DNA of 64,000 nt, taken from contig OZ024740.1 in assembly GCA_964016885.1 (NCBI GenBank), forward strand, positions 248,930,001 through 248,994,000, given 5' to 3'. Below, piece after piece: positions 32,117 to 44,463 of this stretch. The notes below the pieces were generated by a model, which saw only the letters and a list, made by a program, of their open reading frames with translations, searched no databases and was not told where the DNA came from. How positions within the stretch are numbered: the first letter of the stretch is position 1; each line of letters opens with the position of its first letter. This stretch comes from Eledone cirrhosa. Lineage: Eukaryota. A program made the position numbers and the translations under genes.

Positions 32117-33950
32117 CTAACACGCAGCATCACACACTGCACACAGCCTTTGTTTTGTACATAGCGAGAAACCTTTTGTTGTCAACAGTGGGAGTAATTC
32201 ACTAAACTTCCATCCTATCCTTATTCTAGCTATTATCCTCTTGTTGCACCCTCCTCCGCTGCTAATTAGGTCACCTAGATAGCAGAAGCTATCAACCATG
32301 TCTATGGATCCTTCAGCTGGCTGGAAAAGGTTTATATCATTAGCACTCTTCCTCTCAATTTCTCCTGTACATTTACATGCAAAGTTATCCCACTACATCT
32401 TTTGTGTACCAAAGATTTACATTGTGTACATTGTATGGATTTTATGTCTACTCTTTTTCTGCATATTGAGCATGGCCACTTCCCTGAGGGAGTCTGGGTC
32501 CTATCTTCTTTCCTACTCACTGGCACTTTAGTTTTGGCTAACTTTACTCTCAGACCTTTTGATTCCAAATTCAGTTTCCATAATCGGAATTTATTTTCTA
32601 GTTCCTTTTTTGGTTTCAGCTATAAGGACCAAATCATCTGCATAGATAAGTGCCCCTGAAGAACTATGACGAACAACAGTGGGCAAAGAATTGAACCTTG
32701 AAGTCCTACCTGTACTTTGAATTCCTCACTAAACTCATTTCCTACTCTCACTTTACTCACAGCTTCTCTGTACGTAGCTTGCACTGCTCTCACAAGCCAT
32801 TCTTCTACATCTAATTTCCCTATGGAACACCAAATAATAGATTGAGGTACTCTGTCAAAAGCCTTCTCTAGATCAACAAAGGCTAAATATAGTGGTTTAT
32901 AATTGACTAGGAACTTCTCTTGTAGTTGCCATACTAAGAAGAGGACATCTGTAGTACTGTTTACAAGCATGAAACCAAACTGCATCTCATCTATTTTGAC
33001 ATCTTCCCTAATTAGTTGCGCTATAACTCTTTTTGTCACTTTCATAACTTGGTCTATTAGTTTTATTCCTCCATAGTTGCTCCTTTCTAGAGCATCACCT
33101 TTGCTCTTGTAGCAATTTATGATTGTACTGCTGCACCAGTCATTGGGTATGACTCTGTCATGTATTACTTCATTTACTATACAGGTTACTAGTTTGAATC
33201 TTTCCTCTCCCAATGCTTTTAGCATCTCAGAAACTATTTCTGATGGTCCACAACTTTACCATTCTTCATTTCCTTGATCGCGTCTATGACCCTAAAACTA
33301 TCAACTACAATAGCTGGTCCTTCCTTTGGGTAAGTTGGGGGTAGCTTCTCTTCCTCCTATTCATTCTCTACATTCATTAATCTCTCATAGTAACATTTCC
33401 AGGCCTCTTTCTTTTGGGCATCAGTAGTGCACCAGTGTAATTTCTATTACCCCCCCCCCCCCAAAAAAAAAAAAAGACATGATGTCATTAGTGACGTTGA
33501 TGTCACTAATAACCAACTTGTGCTGGGCAGTGCATTCTTCCCCGGGGAAGACCTTAGTATTTATTGCAGTCCGTTTGTCTTATTGTTTAATAAGTAATCA
33601 ATTTGGCTTGTGTGTTCACATGATTGATATGAAATCAGGTGGTTGGCTGGTTTCCTGAAATTTGTATTGCAGATGGTTAGTTCATTTGCATCACAAGATT
33701 CCAGGAATCTCAGTCTCCCTTCATTCCTTGAGTCATAATCATAGCTGCCATGAACTCTGCTAAATCCATCCACATGTCCATTGAAGTCGTCTGCCAGGAT
33801 AATGAGGTCTCTTTTGTCAATCACAATAGACAAAAGATGGTTCAGACACACACTAGAAACAGGTGTCAAATAATGACAAGCAATCTTACTCTTGGATATA
33901 CCAATACACACAGACACTGAGATCAAAACCATTTGAGCAGATATTATAGT
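32117..33950 (-). mobile_element. Degraded RTE LINE related to families A/B
   Basis: DLEKAFDRVP, GKWPCSICRK, DFNGHV pieces with frameshifts and deletions. Confidence 0.85.
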
Positions 33951-34199
33951 CTAAAACCACAAAGAAAAAAAGTCTTCTAATTCATGTATTTCTCCCTACA
34001 GATGAGAATATATCCATCAAGGAAACGGAGAAATAATCAAAATATAAAGATCAAGAGATAGAAATAACCTGAATGTGGATGATAAAAACAGAAACTCTAA
34101 TAATAGGAGCTGTGGGAATGATAAAAAAAAAACAGATACAAAACCCAAATCCCAGGACTTACAAATATATACAAAATATACTACTTGGTAGAGCAACAT

Positions 34200-36845
34200 A
34201 TTACGAAGAGTACTCTGAATACAATGGAAATAATAACACTGCATAAACCCAAGGCACACAGAGCTGTACTCGGTAATGCAGTAAGAACATGCAACAAAAA
34301 TGGAAGAAAATCCCTCTGCATACACTAAGTACAACAGCCTAAGAACGGCAATTTCACCACCACTAACAAACATGGGAAAATATAACAGTTGAATATCTGC
34401 ATTCAGCTCTTAGAAAATCCAGCAAATGGAAATCCCCAGGGAAAGACAAAATACCAAATTTTTGGATAAATGCCTTCACAGAGTTTCATGAGCCCGTTAG
34501 CTCAACTTTACAATGAAATGGTTAAGGAGCCAGAAAAGATACCATCATGGCTAGTTAACGGCATTACATTCCTACTTCTGAAGAATTATGAGACAAATAA
34601 TCCAAAAAATTACAGACCGATAACTTGCTTGACCACAATGTATAAAATCTTAACATCAATCCTAACTGAATATACATATGATCATCTGATAACAAATGAT
34701 CTATTTCCCAATGAGCAGAAAGGATGTAAATGAGGCTCATATGGCTGTAAGGATCAGCTTTTGATTAACAAAATGATTCTGGAAGATTGTCATAATAAAC
34801 ACAAAAATCTATCGATTGCTTGGATAGATTACAAAAAAGCATTTGATAGTTTGCCACACGGATTGAAAAGTGTTTAGAGATTTTCAAAATATCTTCTGTT
34901 GTCAGGAGGTTCCTGACAGTATGAAAGTATGAAAGCATGGAAAACAGCACTCATTTTGAACGGAGAAAAAAAATCACTGGAAACTGGAGAAGTTAATATT
35001 AATTGTGGAATTTTTCAGGGTGACTCTTTATCATCACTTTTATTCTGCATCGCACTTATACCATTAAGTAAAATGCTCAATGAAACAAAACATGGATATA
35101 AAGTCTATGACAAAACCCTTAATCACTTGTTCTACATGGATGACCTGAAACTATTTGCAAAAAAATGATGAGCAATTGCAAGGGCTATTATCCACTGAGA
35201 AGCAGTTCAGTGATGATATTAAAATGGAGTTTGGACTAGAAAAATGCACCAAAGCTACGTTCACCAGAGGAAAGCTGCTGAGAAGTTCAGACATTAATCT
35301 TGATCGGTGGAATGTGATAAGAGAACTTATAAATATCTAGGTGTTTGTGAAGGAGACGGAATCAAGCACTCGACAATGAGGGAAAGGATAAGGAAGGAAT
35401 GTTACCGCAGAGTAAGAGCAATTTTAAGAATGGAGTTGAATGCAAGGAATAGGATCGATGCCATAAACACACTTGCCATACCAGTAGTAACTTACAGTTT
35501 TAATATCATCAACTGGTCAAACTCAGATCTGTAGGCTTGATACGAAAATTAGAAAATTCTTAACCATGCATAGAATATATCTCCCTAGGAATGAAGAAGG
35601 ATGTGGATTAATCCAGTTAGATATTTCTTTGAAAACTGCAACAATCGGATTATCTACATATCTAAAGGAAGCACACGATTGGGTGGTCAAACTCATTTTG
35701 AAACATGAAAGCATCGAAAGATTATACTCCATTACAAAAGATGCACATAGATACAATAATGAACTACAAATTTCAGAAGTTCCCTTTACTGTTGAAGCAG
35801 GTAAAAGTAAATGCAAAGAAAGAACTGCTACAGAAACTGGCTCAGAAAGGGCAAGAAAAGCTTCTATGGAAAATACACAGAAAGTGCTAACAATCCTGAC
35901 GTTGACAAAACTTTAACCCATCAGTGGTTGGCATCCTCTGGAGATGCCAACTGAAGACTGAAATCAGAGACTGAAGGACTGATTATATCAGCACAAGATC
36001 AGTGTCTGCCAACAAAAAATTATCTAGCCAACATCATAAAAAATGAATGCAACCCATTATGCCGTGTATCATCATCATCATCATCATCAACGTTTAACGT
36101 CTATCTTCCACACTAGCATGGGTTTATATGTAAAAAACAACCAGGGACCATTGATTATATAATTTCAATGTGCAGTCCTATAACTCCAACCGAATACCTA
36201 AACAGTCACGACAGAGCTGCACAATACATACATTGGGTAATGTGTAAGCATTTTGACCTGCCCCATCAAAAGAATTGGTGGAAGTATCAACCACCTCCCA
36301 GACTTGAAAAAGGTCACACCTCAATTTTGTGGAACTTTAGCATCCAAAAGGACCGAAAAATAGATGCAAGTAGATCTGATATAATACTGAAGGACTTTAA
36401 AAGGAGGGTATGCCTGCTAATTGATATGTCTGTTCCAATAGACAAGAATGTATCTATAAAACATTTGAAAAATTGAGCAAGTATAAAGCCCTGGAGATAG
36501 AGATTGGAAAAATGTGGAAATTGAGAATTAAAACAATAACAGTGGTTGTAGGTGCTCTAGGAATGATACCTAAGGGGTCTAATGATTACTTATCCCAAAT
36601 CCCAGGAAACCCGCGTATAGAAGAAATACAAAAGATAGTACTAATGGGAACTGCCCATATACTAAGGAAGATTCTGTCAATATAAGTACATCACAAGTCT
36701 AAACACTAAAGATACATGTGTATGTGTGTATGTTCTTTCTTAAACATGGTTGACCTTGTTGTCTCTTGAGGTCACTGGTTGTGACTTGGTGATAACTCGT
36801 ATGAACATAAAGCAAGATAAATGAAATAATAATAATAATAATAAT
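34200..36845 (+). mobile_element. R4/Dong-clade non-LTR retrotransposon (RT + restriction-like endonuclease), degraded
   Basis: NYRPITCL, GIFQGDSLS, YMDDLKLF, HDRAAQYIHW, RSDII..LIDMSVP, KYKAL; (taa)n tail. Confidence 0.85.
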
Positions 36846-37885
36846 GTTTTCTTTATTAACCACAAGGGTTGACATAAAGTATATTAAGGACAATACAGGA
36901 TGTACAAATGGGCATTTGTGTGTGTAAAGAAAAAACAAAGAAAATGACAAAAAAGAAACAAAAGAAAATTCCCCAATAGGGGGGAGACTTCCGTGGGACA
37001 TTCATGGTGAAAGCCCATTAAAAAAAGCCACGGTGACCCTGACCACCAGGGCAAGTACCCTCTCCCAGTTTTCCACCTTCAATTTACAGGCGCATACTCA
37101 GAGCAAGCCCATTCACTCGGGCCATGCTTGCCTCTCTCACCCATCTTTCAATATAATGCTGGGAAGAGAGCACTTCCCTCTCCACCCTGATTTTCCTTTT
37201 CAAATGAAATTTTAAAAAGTTAATCAGGGTATTAACGAAGAGGTAAGTGCTCATCTTCAGCCCTTTCAAACACGTCCACCACACAATCACTTTTGCCATG
37301 GCCACCAGACAGATAAAAACTGCCTGCCCTTCCTGGCTAAAGGAAGACGACGAGGCAATCCTCACGATGGACTCAGTTGATAGCTGGATCTGTCGTACAT
37401 GTGACAGCAGGTGTACGAGATAAACCCACAAGTCAGCAATGCTTGGACACTGGACGAGTATATGCAGGATGGTTTTGTTGCCCTGTGCACATCTTGAACA
37501 GGCCCGGCTGACAGCGCTTCCGTGTCTGTAGATTTTATCCTGAACTGGCAAAGTTCCTCGGTAGCACTGCCAGGTCAGGGATTTCTGGAAGTTGTCCATG
37601 GGCCCCGGCCCGAAAGTTCTCCTAAAGAGATTGGCTAGTTGATTTTCGTCGATGCCCAGAGTCTCCCCAAGGATGTTATCGCTTTTTCCCTCCACTAACT
37701 CTCTACAGTATGCCAAAGTGGAGTTTCCACCAATCGCATTGGTCGAGGCCTGAAGACATTCCAGTTTCCAAGCACTCCCTCTCGGTCTTCGCTTGACCTA
37801 GGACTGCAGCTCCGTCTAGCAAATGGTGACCATAACTGATCACCGTTGAGGAAGAAGTGGAGATGTCGTAGCCTGAGCGCATGTT
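36846..37885 (-). mobile_element. Tx1/L1-like LINE 3' fragment
   Basis: zf-RVT-like CSRCAQGNKTILHILVQCP; aataaa plus (tta)n tail. Confidence 0.7.
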
Positions 37886-37894
37886 TATTGCTTT

Positions 37895-39245
37895 GATGTG
37901 TTGAACTGGAATATGAGTGAAATTAAAAGAATCATCACCAAAATCTGTAATTTATTGACTTGTAATAGGAAAGCTGATTTGGATCATCTTTACCTTCCTA
38001 GAACTCAAGGAGGCCATGGCCTGATCCAATTTAAACTTACCTACAAGACCACCACTATTGGACTGGCCAAATACCTTGAAACAACAAACGACTGTTGAAA
38101 AATATGAGAGAAGTAAGAAGCTTCATTCTATCTTGAAGGAGAGCAAAAAATATGCTACTGATCTCATGCTTGGCCTCCAGCTGGACAGACTGAAGAAACT
38201 TGCATTTGATGCTGCTAAACACATAAAATTAATGGCACAAGCAAAAGGGCAAGAGCAATTAGCATCAAAGTGGGAGCAGAAACCTCTACATGGCAAATAA
38301 GTGGCCCATAGCAAACAAGCTGATGTTGACCAAAAGCACACCCATCATGGCTACATAGCTCAGGGCTAAAAGCAGAGAGTGAAGGCTTCATCTTAGCTGC
38401 CCAAGATCAAAGCTTACTGACACGGAATTACCAGGCCAATGTGATGAGAAATGGAGTAAATCCAAAGTGCCAATTCTGCAATGTTGAGGTTGAAACAGTG
38501 GACCACTTAGTTTCTGGGTGTAAAGTTTTAACCCCAGTAGAGTACAAATATAGACATGACAGAGTTGGCCAATATCTACACTGGCTAATATGTCGGCATT
38601 ATAAAATCAAAGCTGCTGATAAGTGGTACAATCATCTCCCTGAGGCTGTAACTGAAGGAGAAAAAGTAACAATTCTTTGGTACTTTCCTGTACATACTGA
38701 CCAGACCATAAAAGCTAATAGATCATTGTAAAAGACCAGCATAGCAAGGTCTGTTTATTGATTGATATGAGCATCCCATATGATCACAATATCGCGGCAA
38801 AAGAATTCGACAAGCTAAGAAAATATAAAGATTTGCTTATTGAAATTGAAAAAGATGTGATACCTCAAGACCTACAATACCAGTGATTGTGGGAGCACTG
38901 GGAATGATCAAGAAAGGAACAGAACAATATTTGCGAATGATTCCTGGTTTACCCTCTCTGCAAGAGGGGCAAAAAATTGTTTTGACTGGTACTGCACACG
39001 TATTGAGAAGAACACTATCTCTGTGGGAATGATACCCTCACTCCTTGTGTCGATGTGTGTGAGTAGAGCACTATCTCTGTAAGAATGATAAGCTGTGAAT
39101 TATATTCGATGTGGTGTGTTAACTGGCTTACCAATGTATACAGTAAGTTTATTTGCCCTAGGTGTCAGGAGGACACTCGGCATATATCAGAAACATTACT
39201 GAAGTAAAAGGTAAAACAATAACAATAAAAATGATAATAATAATG
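37895..39245 (+). mobile_element. Second R4/Dong-clade 3' fragment
   Basis: LYLPRTQGGHGL, CQFCNVEVETVDHLVSGC..YKYRHD; (taa)n tail. Confidence 0.85.
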
Positions 39246-40250
39246 ATTTCATTTATTGGCCACAAGGGCCAACATATAGGGGATAATACAAAGGCATTGG
39301 GAGGGGGGGATTTACAATAAAACTGAGTGAAAATACACAATAACAAAACCAATGTAACAATGAAAAAATATAAAAATAAAATATATATAAAGATATAACA
39401 AAATAAATTCCCCAATAGAGGAGTGAACCACCCAAGAGCAACTCAGGTACCTCACCAATCTTGAAAGCCCGATGCTTTGAGGGCATTTGTGAAGGGCACC
39501 CCTCTCGTCCTCAAATTAACCAGCCTACCGGCGCATGCTCCAAGTAGACCATTCTTGCCACATTCTCCCACCTTTTAGCAAAAGTACTTGGGGGCAGCAC
39601 TTTTCTCTCCACCCTCAGCTTCCTTTCCAAGTGAAACTTGAAAAAGTTGATGAGGGATTGGCCAAAGAGAAAAGTGTCTTTCTTCAGTCCTTTCAACTTG
39701 GTCTACCACACAACCTCCTTCGCTACTGCCACCAGACAGAGGAAAATTTCCTGCCCTTCCCAGTTAAAAGAAGGCAGTGGGGCGATCTTTACTATGGTTG
39801 ATAGCTGGATCTGTCCCACATGCGACTACAGTTGCTCGACATAACTCCACAAGTCAGTAATGCATAGTCACTGGATGAGTGCGTGCAGAACGCTTTCGTT
39901 GTTCAGCGTGCATCTCAGGCAGGTCCGTCTGACAGCACGTCCGTCTGACAGCACGTCCGTCTGACAGCACGTCCGTCTGACAGCACGTCCGTCTGACAGC
40001 ACGTCCGTCTGACAGCACGTCCGTCTGACAGCATGTCCATCTGACAGCACGTCCGTCTGACAGCACGTCCGTCTGACAGCACTTCCGTGCCTGTAGAGCT
40101 TATCTCAAACCGGTAGCACTGCAAAGCGAGGGATTTCTGGAAGTTATTCATAGACCCTGGCTCAAAAGTCCTCCAGAACAGAGTGATCAGTTCGACTTCA
40201 TCTACACCTCTGCACATGTTTGCGCTTCATTAGCCACGGCATGCTATTGG
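39246..40250 (-). mobile_element. Second Tx1/L1-like 3' fragment
   Basis: Homologous to 36846-37885 (FQKSLALQCYR; LINFFKFHLERKLRVER). Confidence 0.7.
39923..40082. repeat. 16-bp minisatellite (gtccgtctgacagcac) x ~10
   Basis: Direct reading. Confidence 0.95.
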
Positions 40251-41225
40251 CCCTGTAAGGATGAAACACGAAGCTGGCCACAGTGGAATTTGAACTCAGA
40301 ACATAAAGGGTTGTAAAGCATGTTGCTCAATGCTCTACTGATACTGCCAATCCACTGCCCTTTAATAATAATAATTACTATGTAATTAACTACTTAATTA
40401 ACAGTTTGTTTTGTCAAATAAAGGGCATTTAAAAAAAAATACTTTGATTAATCGATATGTATTGTTTGGGGAATTTTATATATTTCTTAATGGATCAAAA
40501 TATTTCACTTTCCAATTCACATGGATTAAATAAGCCAACATGAGAATTCATGTGGAGTTGCTCAATCTCCTATAAATATCAACCAAATCTCCCTCATATT
40601 ATGATAAAATGCACCCAGCCCACTTTGTAAAAAGCATCCTAGCCACTCTGTACGCTGGTAGTGCTGACGCCATGACAAAAAGCATTCAGTCTACACTGCA
40701 AGGAGGTAGTGCTGGTGCCATGACAAAAAGCATCCAGTTATGATAAAATTCTTCTAGTACACATAAAGTGATTGGCATTATAAAGGGCACCCAGATATAG
40801 AAACCAAACTCAAAATAATGTTTGTGCCAGACAGTCACCTGACCCGTTTAATCCATGAAAGAATGTAAAATAGACATTAAAGAATGATAATGATGATGAT
40901 TACACCTTACTGTCTTTAAAAAATTCTAGGACACATTAAATAATGTAGCCTAATCACACTGTTTATGTCAGATAGTCATAACTGGAACACCTTTGATCTG
41001 TTTACTCATTCTTATCTGGGGCTAAATAACAACACAACAATTATAATATGAAAGGGGATTTATTAACAGTCTAAAGGAAGAACACATTTGATAATGTAGT
41101 TCAAGTTGTATTGCCTGATGGTTATGACACAAAAGCCTTTAATTATAAGTTAAGTCTGATTAATCAGGCAGTGAAGGCACATTGCCTAGTGGTTAGGGTC
41201 ACCCTGACTGGGTGAAATGAGCCCC

Positions 41226-41444
41226 TAATTCTTTAGCATTTAAACCAGCTGTATCTGGCCAGAATTCTCTCACTTTTTTTCTGTTCAAACAGGCCATAAC
41301 TGGCCACTCATGCTAATGTTAAGGTACTGTTCTCAAAATAAATAACATCAAAATCTCATATTATGTGAGATAATTATGAGATAAAGCCTTTACCATGAAA
41401 ACATAATAGTATATATAGAGTAATGTAAATGATAAAGGGTTAAT
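41226..41444. mobile_element. TTAA-flanked MITE-like element nested in a SINE; inverted homolog at 44021-44246
   Basis: Ends ...gataaagggttaa / ttaaccctttatc..., shared ctggccagaattctctc. Confidence 0.55.
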
Positions 41445-42049
41445 CAAGGTACTTCATTTCATGTATCTCCAGTTCACTCAACTGAAAATGAGTACCAGCT
41501 GCATCTTGGGTTAACCCTCTGATGGACTGGCATCGTATCCAGATGAGAAGTCTTGTGTTCTCAGTTACTTAACACCCATGAAACCAGGATAGGCTCCAGG
41601 CTTTGTCCAATCCATGCAAGCATGGAAAAATGAAGATAAAACGATATCTCTAACTCTGATCAGACAAGGCTCTAAATTGAAAGTAAACAACAATATTAGT
41701 TAAAACATTGAAATTCAACTCAGTGTTATCTATTTATTAGATACTTGAGTGGAACAAGTACTGTGATACTTAACATACATATTGTATTTGAGATAAATTT
41801 TACTATTGAACATCAAATGTCTGCTCTGTTTGTCTTTCAATCAATGACACAATATTCATTAAAATGGTGGTATTACTTAACTCTCTCTTTTTACCTCAAT
41901 GAAAGATAAGAGAGGGTTTGTAACATTCATAACTTCCACCTCGTGGTCAATATTATTTTTCTTTTAACTGTTACTTTATTTCTCTCCAGTCTGTAGAGGA
42001 CATGCATTAACTGGAGAGAAATGAAACAATTATGCTTTGTTGGATGTGC

Positions 42050-42397
42050 AATCTAAGTGTGAGACAAAGAAAGAGCTTAGGCGAGCTGAGGGAGAGGCTG
42101 GATTAAGAAGAATCTAAGGCGGTATAAGGGAGAGAAGACTACATTGGTACGGACATGTGATCTGCATGGATGAGCATAGATGGGTGAAGAAGTGCCAGGA
42201 AATGCCAGTGGACGGAAGCTGTAGTAGAGGAAGACCAAGAAAGACCTGATCAGAGAGGTGGTGAGAGCTGACCTCAAATCACTGAGACTTACAAAGGAGT
42301 TGACGAAAGAACGTGACAAGTGGAGAGATTCTGTGCTGAGAAAGACCCATCCAACCCATGCAAGCATGGAAAAACATGTAAAAACAATGATGATGAT
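42050..42397 (+). mobile_element. RTE 3' fragment (family B-like)
   Basis: WVKKCQEMPV..GRPRKT..VVRADLKSL; tga tail. Confidence 0.8.
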
Positions 42398-42527
42398 ATT
42401 TAGTCAGGGAAGAAAGGGCAGAGTCTGTAGCCCTTTTCAAAGCATCCAAGACTGGTTGGAGGGAGAGAAGAAAGCATCCTTAAATCAGTGGATTCTGCTA
42501 AAGGCAGCCAATGGCTAGGTAGTAGTT

Positions 42528-43084
42528 TTAACCCTTTAGGTACCAACTCACTCTCAATCAGCCCAGGTTTTATAAAACAAAATCACCCATTTTAAAGGGT
42601 TACTTCATTACCATATTTCTAATAAAGAAAGCATTATCATATTTCTAATGAAAAATGTGGCATATAATTTTAACATTATTTTTAAAATAATCAAGAATTT
42701 GGATGGATTTAGTAATATAACTAACTTTCTTCATTTTTTAGCTGGTGTTTGGAACATAAATTAAAGGTTCTTACATGAAATTATAATTATTTCTACTTTT
42801 GGCACAAGGCCAGCAATTATCCCAGTGCATTACTGGTACTTTATTTTATCGACCCCGTAAGGATGAAAGGCAAAGTTAACCTCGGCGGGATTTGAACTCA
42901 GAATGGCAAGGGCTGTAACTCTATGCGTCAAAGCATGGCGTCCGACCCTCTACCGATACTGCCAATCCACCACCCTTACATGAAATTATAATGGAAGATC
43001 TTTAGATAAATACAAACACTTTAAAATAAACAGCTCTGTTTCATGGAACTGGAGGTGGTTTCAGTTTGGTATCAAAAGGGTTAA
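42528..43084. mobile_element. piggyBac-like MITE (TTAA-CCCTTT termini) with a nested SINE fragment at ~42790-42975; related fragment at 43336-43575
   Basis: ttaaccctttaggtaccaa ... ttggtatcaaaagggttaa terminal inverted repeats. Confidence 0.6.
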
Positions 43085-44463
43085 TCTTAGGATACTACAT
43101 AGTACCTTATCCCTCACCTCTGTGTATTGGTGAGGTCAACTTTGCTTTTTATTGTCCTGAAATTGATAAATGAAATCTCAGATGAGAACAGTGGATTGGT
43201 GGAACTGTTTGAGCATTGGACAAAATACTTTGTGGTATTTATACCATTATTTTTTTTGCAATAATTTCTTGGGTGGTAGACTTAATCTATTGCTCAGTTT
43301 ACCATCATAACCACAAACCTGGTCTTTGTGTACCGTTAACTCTTTTGATACCAACCCGCCTTAACTACCACAGGTTCTATGAAACACAACCACCCATTTT
43401 AAAAGGTGCCTATCTAAATTAAAATCTTGCATAATTTGATAAAGAACCTTTTAAGTTATGTTAGAATTATTATCTTCATAATGAAATAATTAATAATTTT
43501 AGTAAATCCTTCAAAGTTCTTTATTATTTAATTCAGATAGTGTATTTCATTAGAAATATGGTATCAAAAGGTTTACAAGTTTGAGGATGGGTTTTTTTCT
43601 CCTCCCAATAGTCTCATAGGTCGTCTTCTAAGTTAAAAACAATAAAAAAAAGGACAAAGTTAAACTTTGATATTAGGTATATCTGCTGTAAGCTGTTATC
43701 TTCCTTTGCTTCTTGACTAAAGGTATAAGACAGCTGGGTAGTAAATTCTAAATGTAAACTGAAGTAACAGGAAAAGTGCAGTGGTGGTGGTTGTGGTTGC
43801 AGTAATGGTGATGGTGGCAGGAGTGGTATGAGTGATGTTGTTCAATTGAAGGTGTAATTTAAGGATATGTTTAACATTATGATTAATTTGGTTTCTGTTG
43901 GAGGACAAAATACTTGATAGATTAGAAATCCAAAAATAAAAGTATAATTCAAAGGTCTGTGTACACATGTTTGTATTTCTGTGTGTGCACATATCTATGT
44001 TTATGCTTGTGTGTGTGTATCTTAACCCTTTATCATTTACATTACTCTGTATTTACTATTGTATTTTTGTGGTAAAAACTTTATCTTACCTAATAATCTC
44101 ATATAATATCGAATCTAGGAAATTTTGATATTTATTTTGAGAACAATACCTTAACATCAGTATGAGTGGTTAGTTATGGCCTGTTTGAACAGAAAGGGAT
44201 GAGAGAATTCTGGCCGGATACGGCTGGTATAAATGTTAAAGAGTTAATGAATGTGTCTTACATTTTGTAAATGTATGTGTGTATGTCTTAATGTGTGTCT
44301 ATGTGCCTCTGAACATCTGTAAATGTGTGTTTGTGCATGTGGATGTGAGTGTATAGATATCTATTCATATAAATGTGTGTGTATATGTATTTGTACACCA
44401 TCTGAATGTATATGTGTCACTGAATGTATATATGCATACATATATGCATATACATATGCATGA

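Noticed and set aside
39923-40082. CRISPR-like repeat
   Set aside because: No spacers; contiguous tandem units in eukaryotic context
28300-44460. Host gene exons in the less repetitive stretches
   Set aside because: No convincing ORF with paired splice sites; small exons cannot be excluded without RNA-seq
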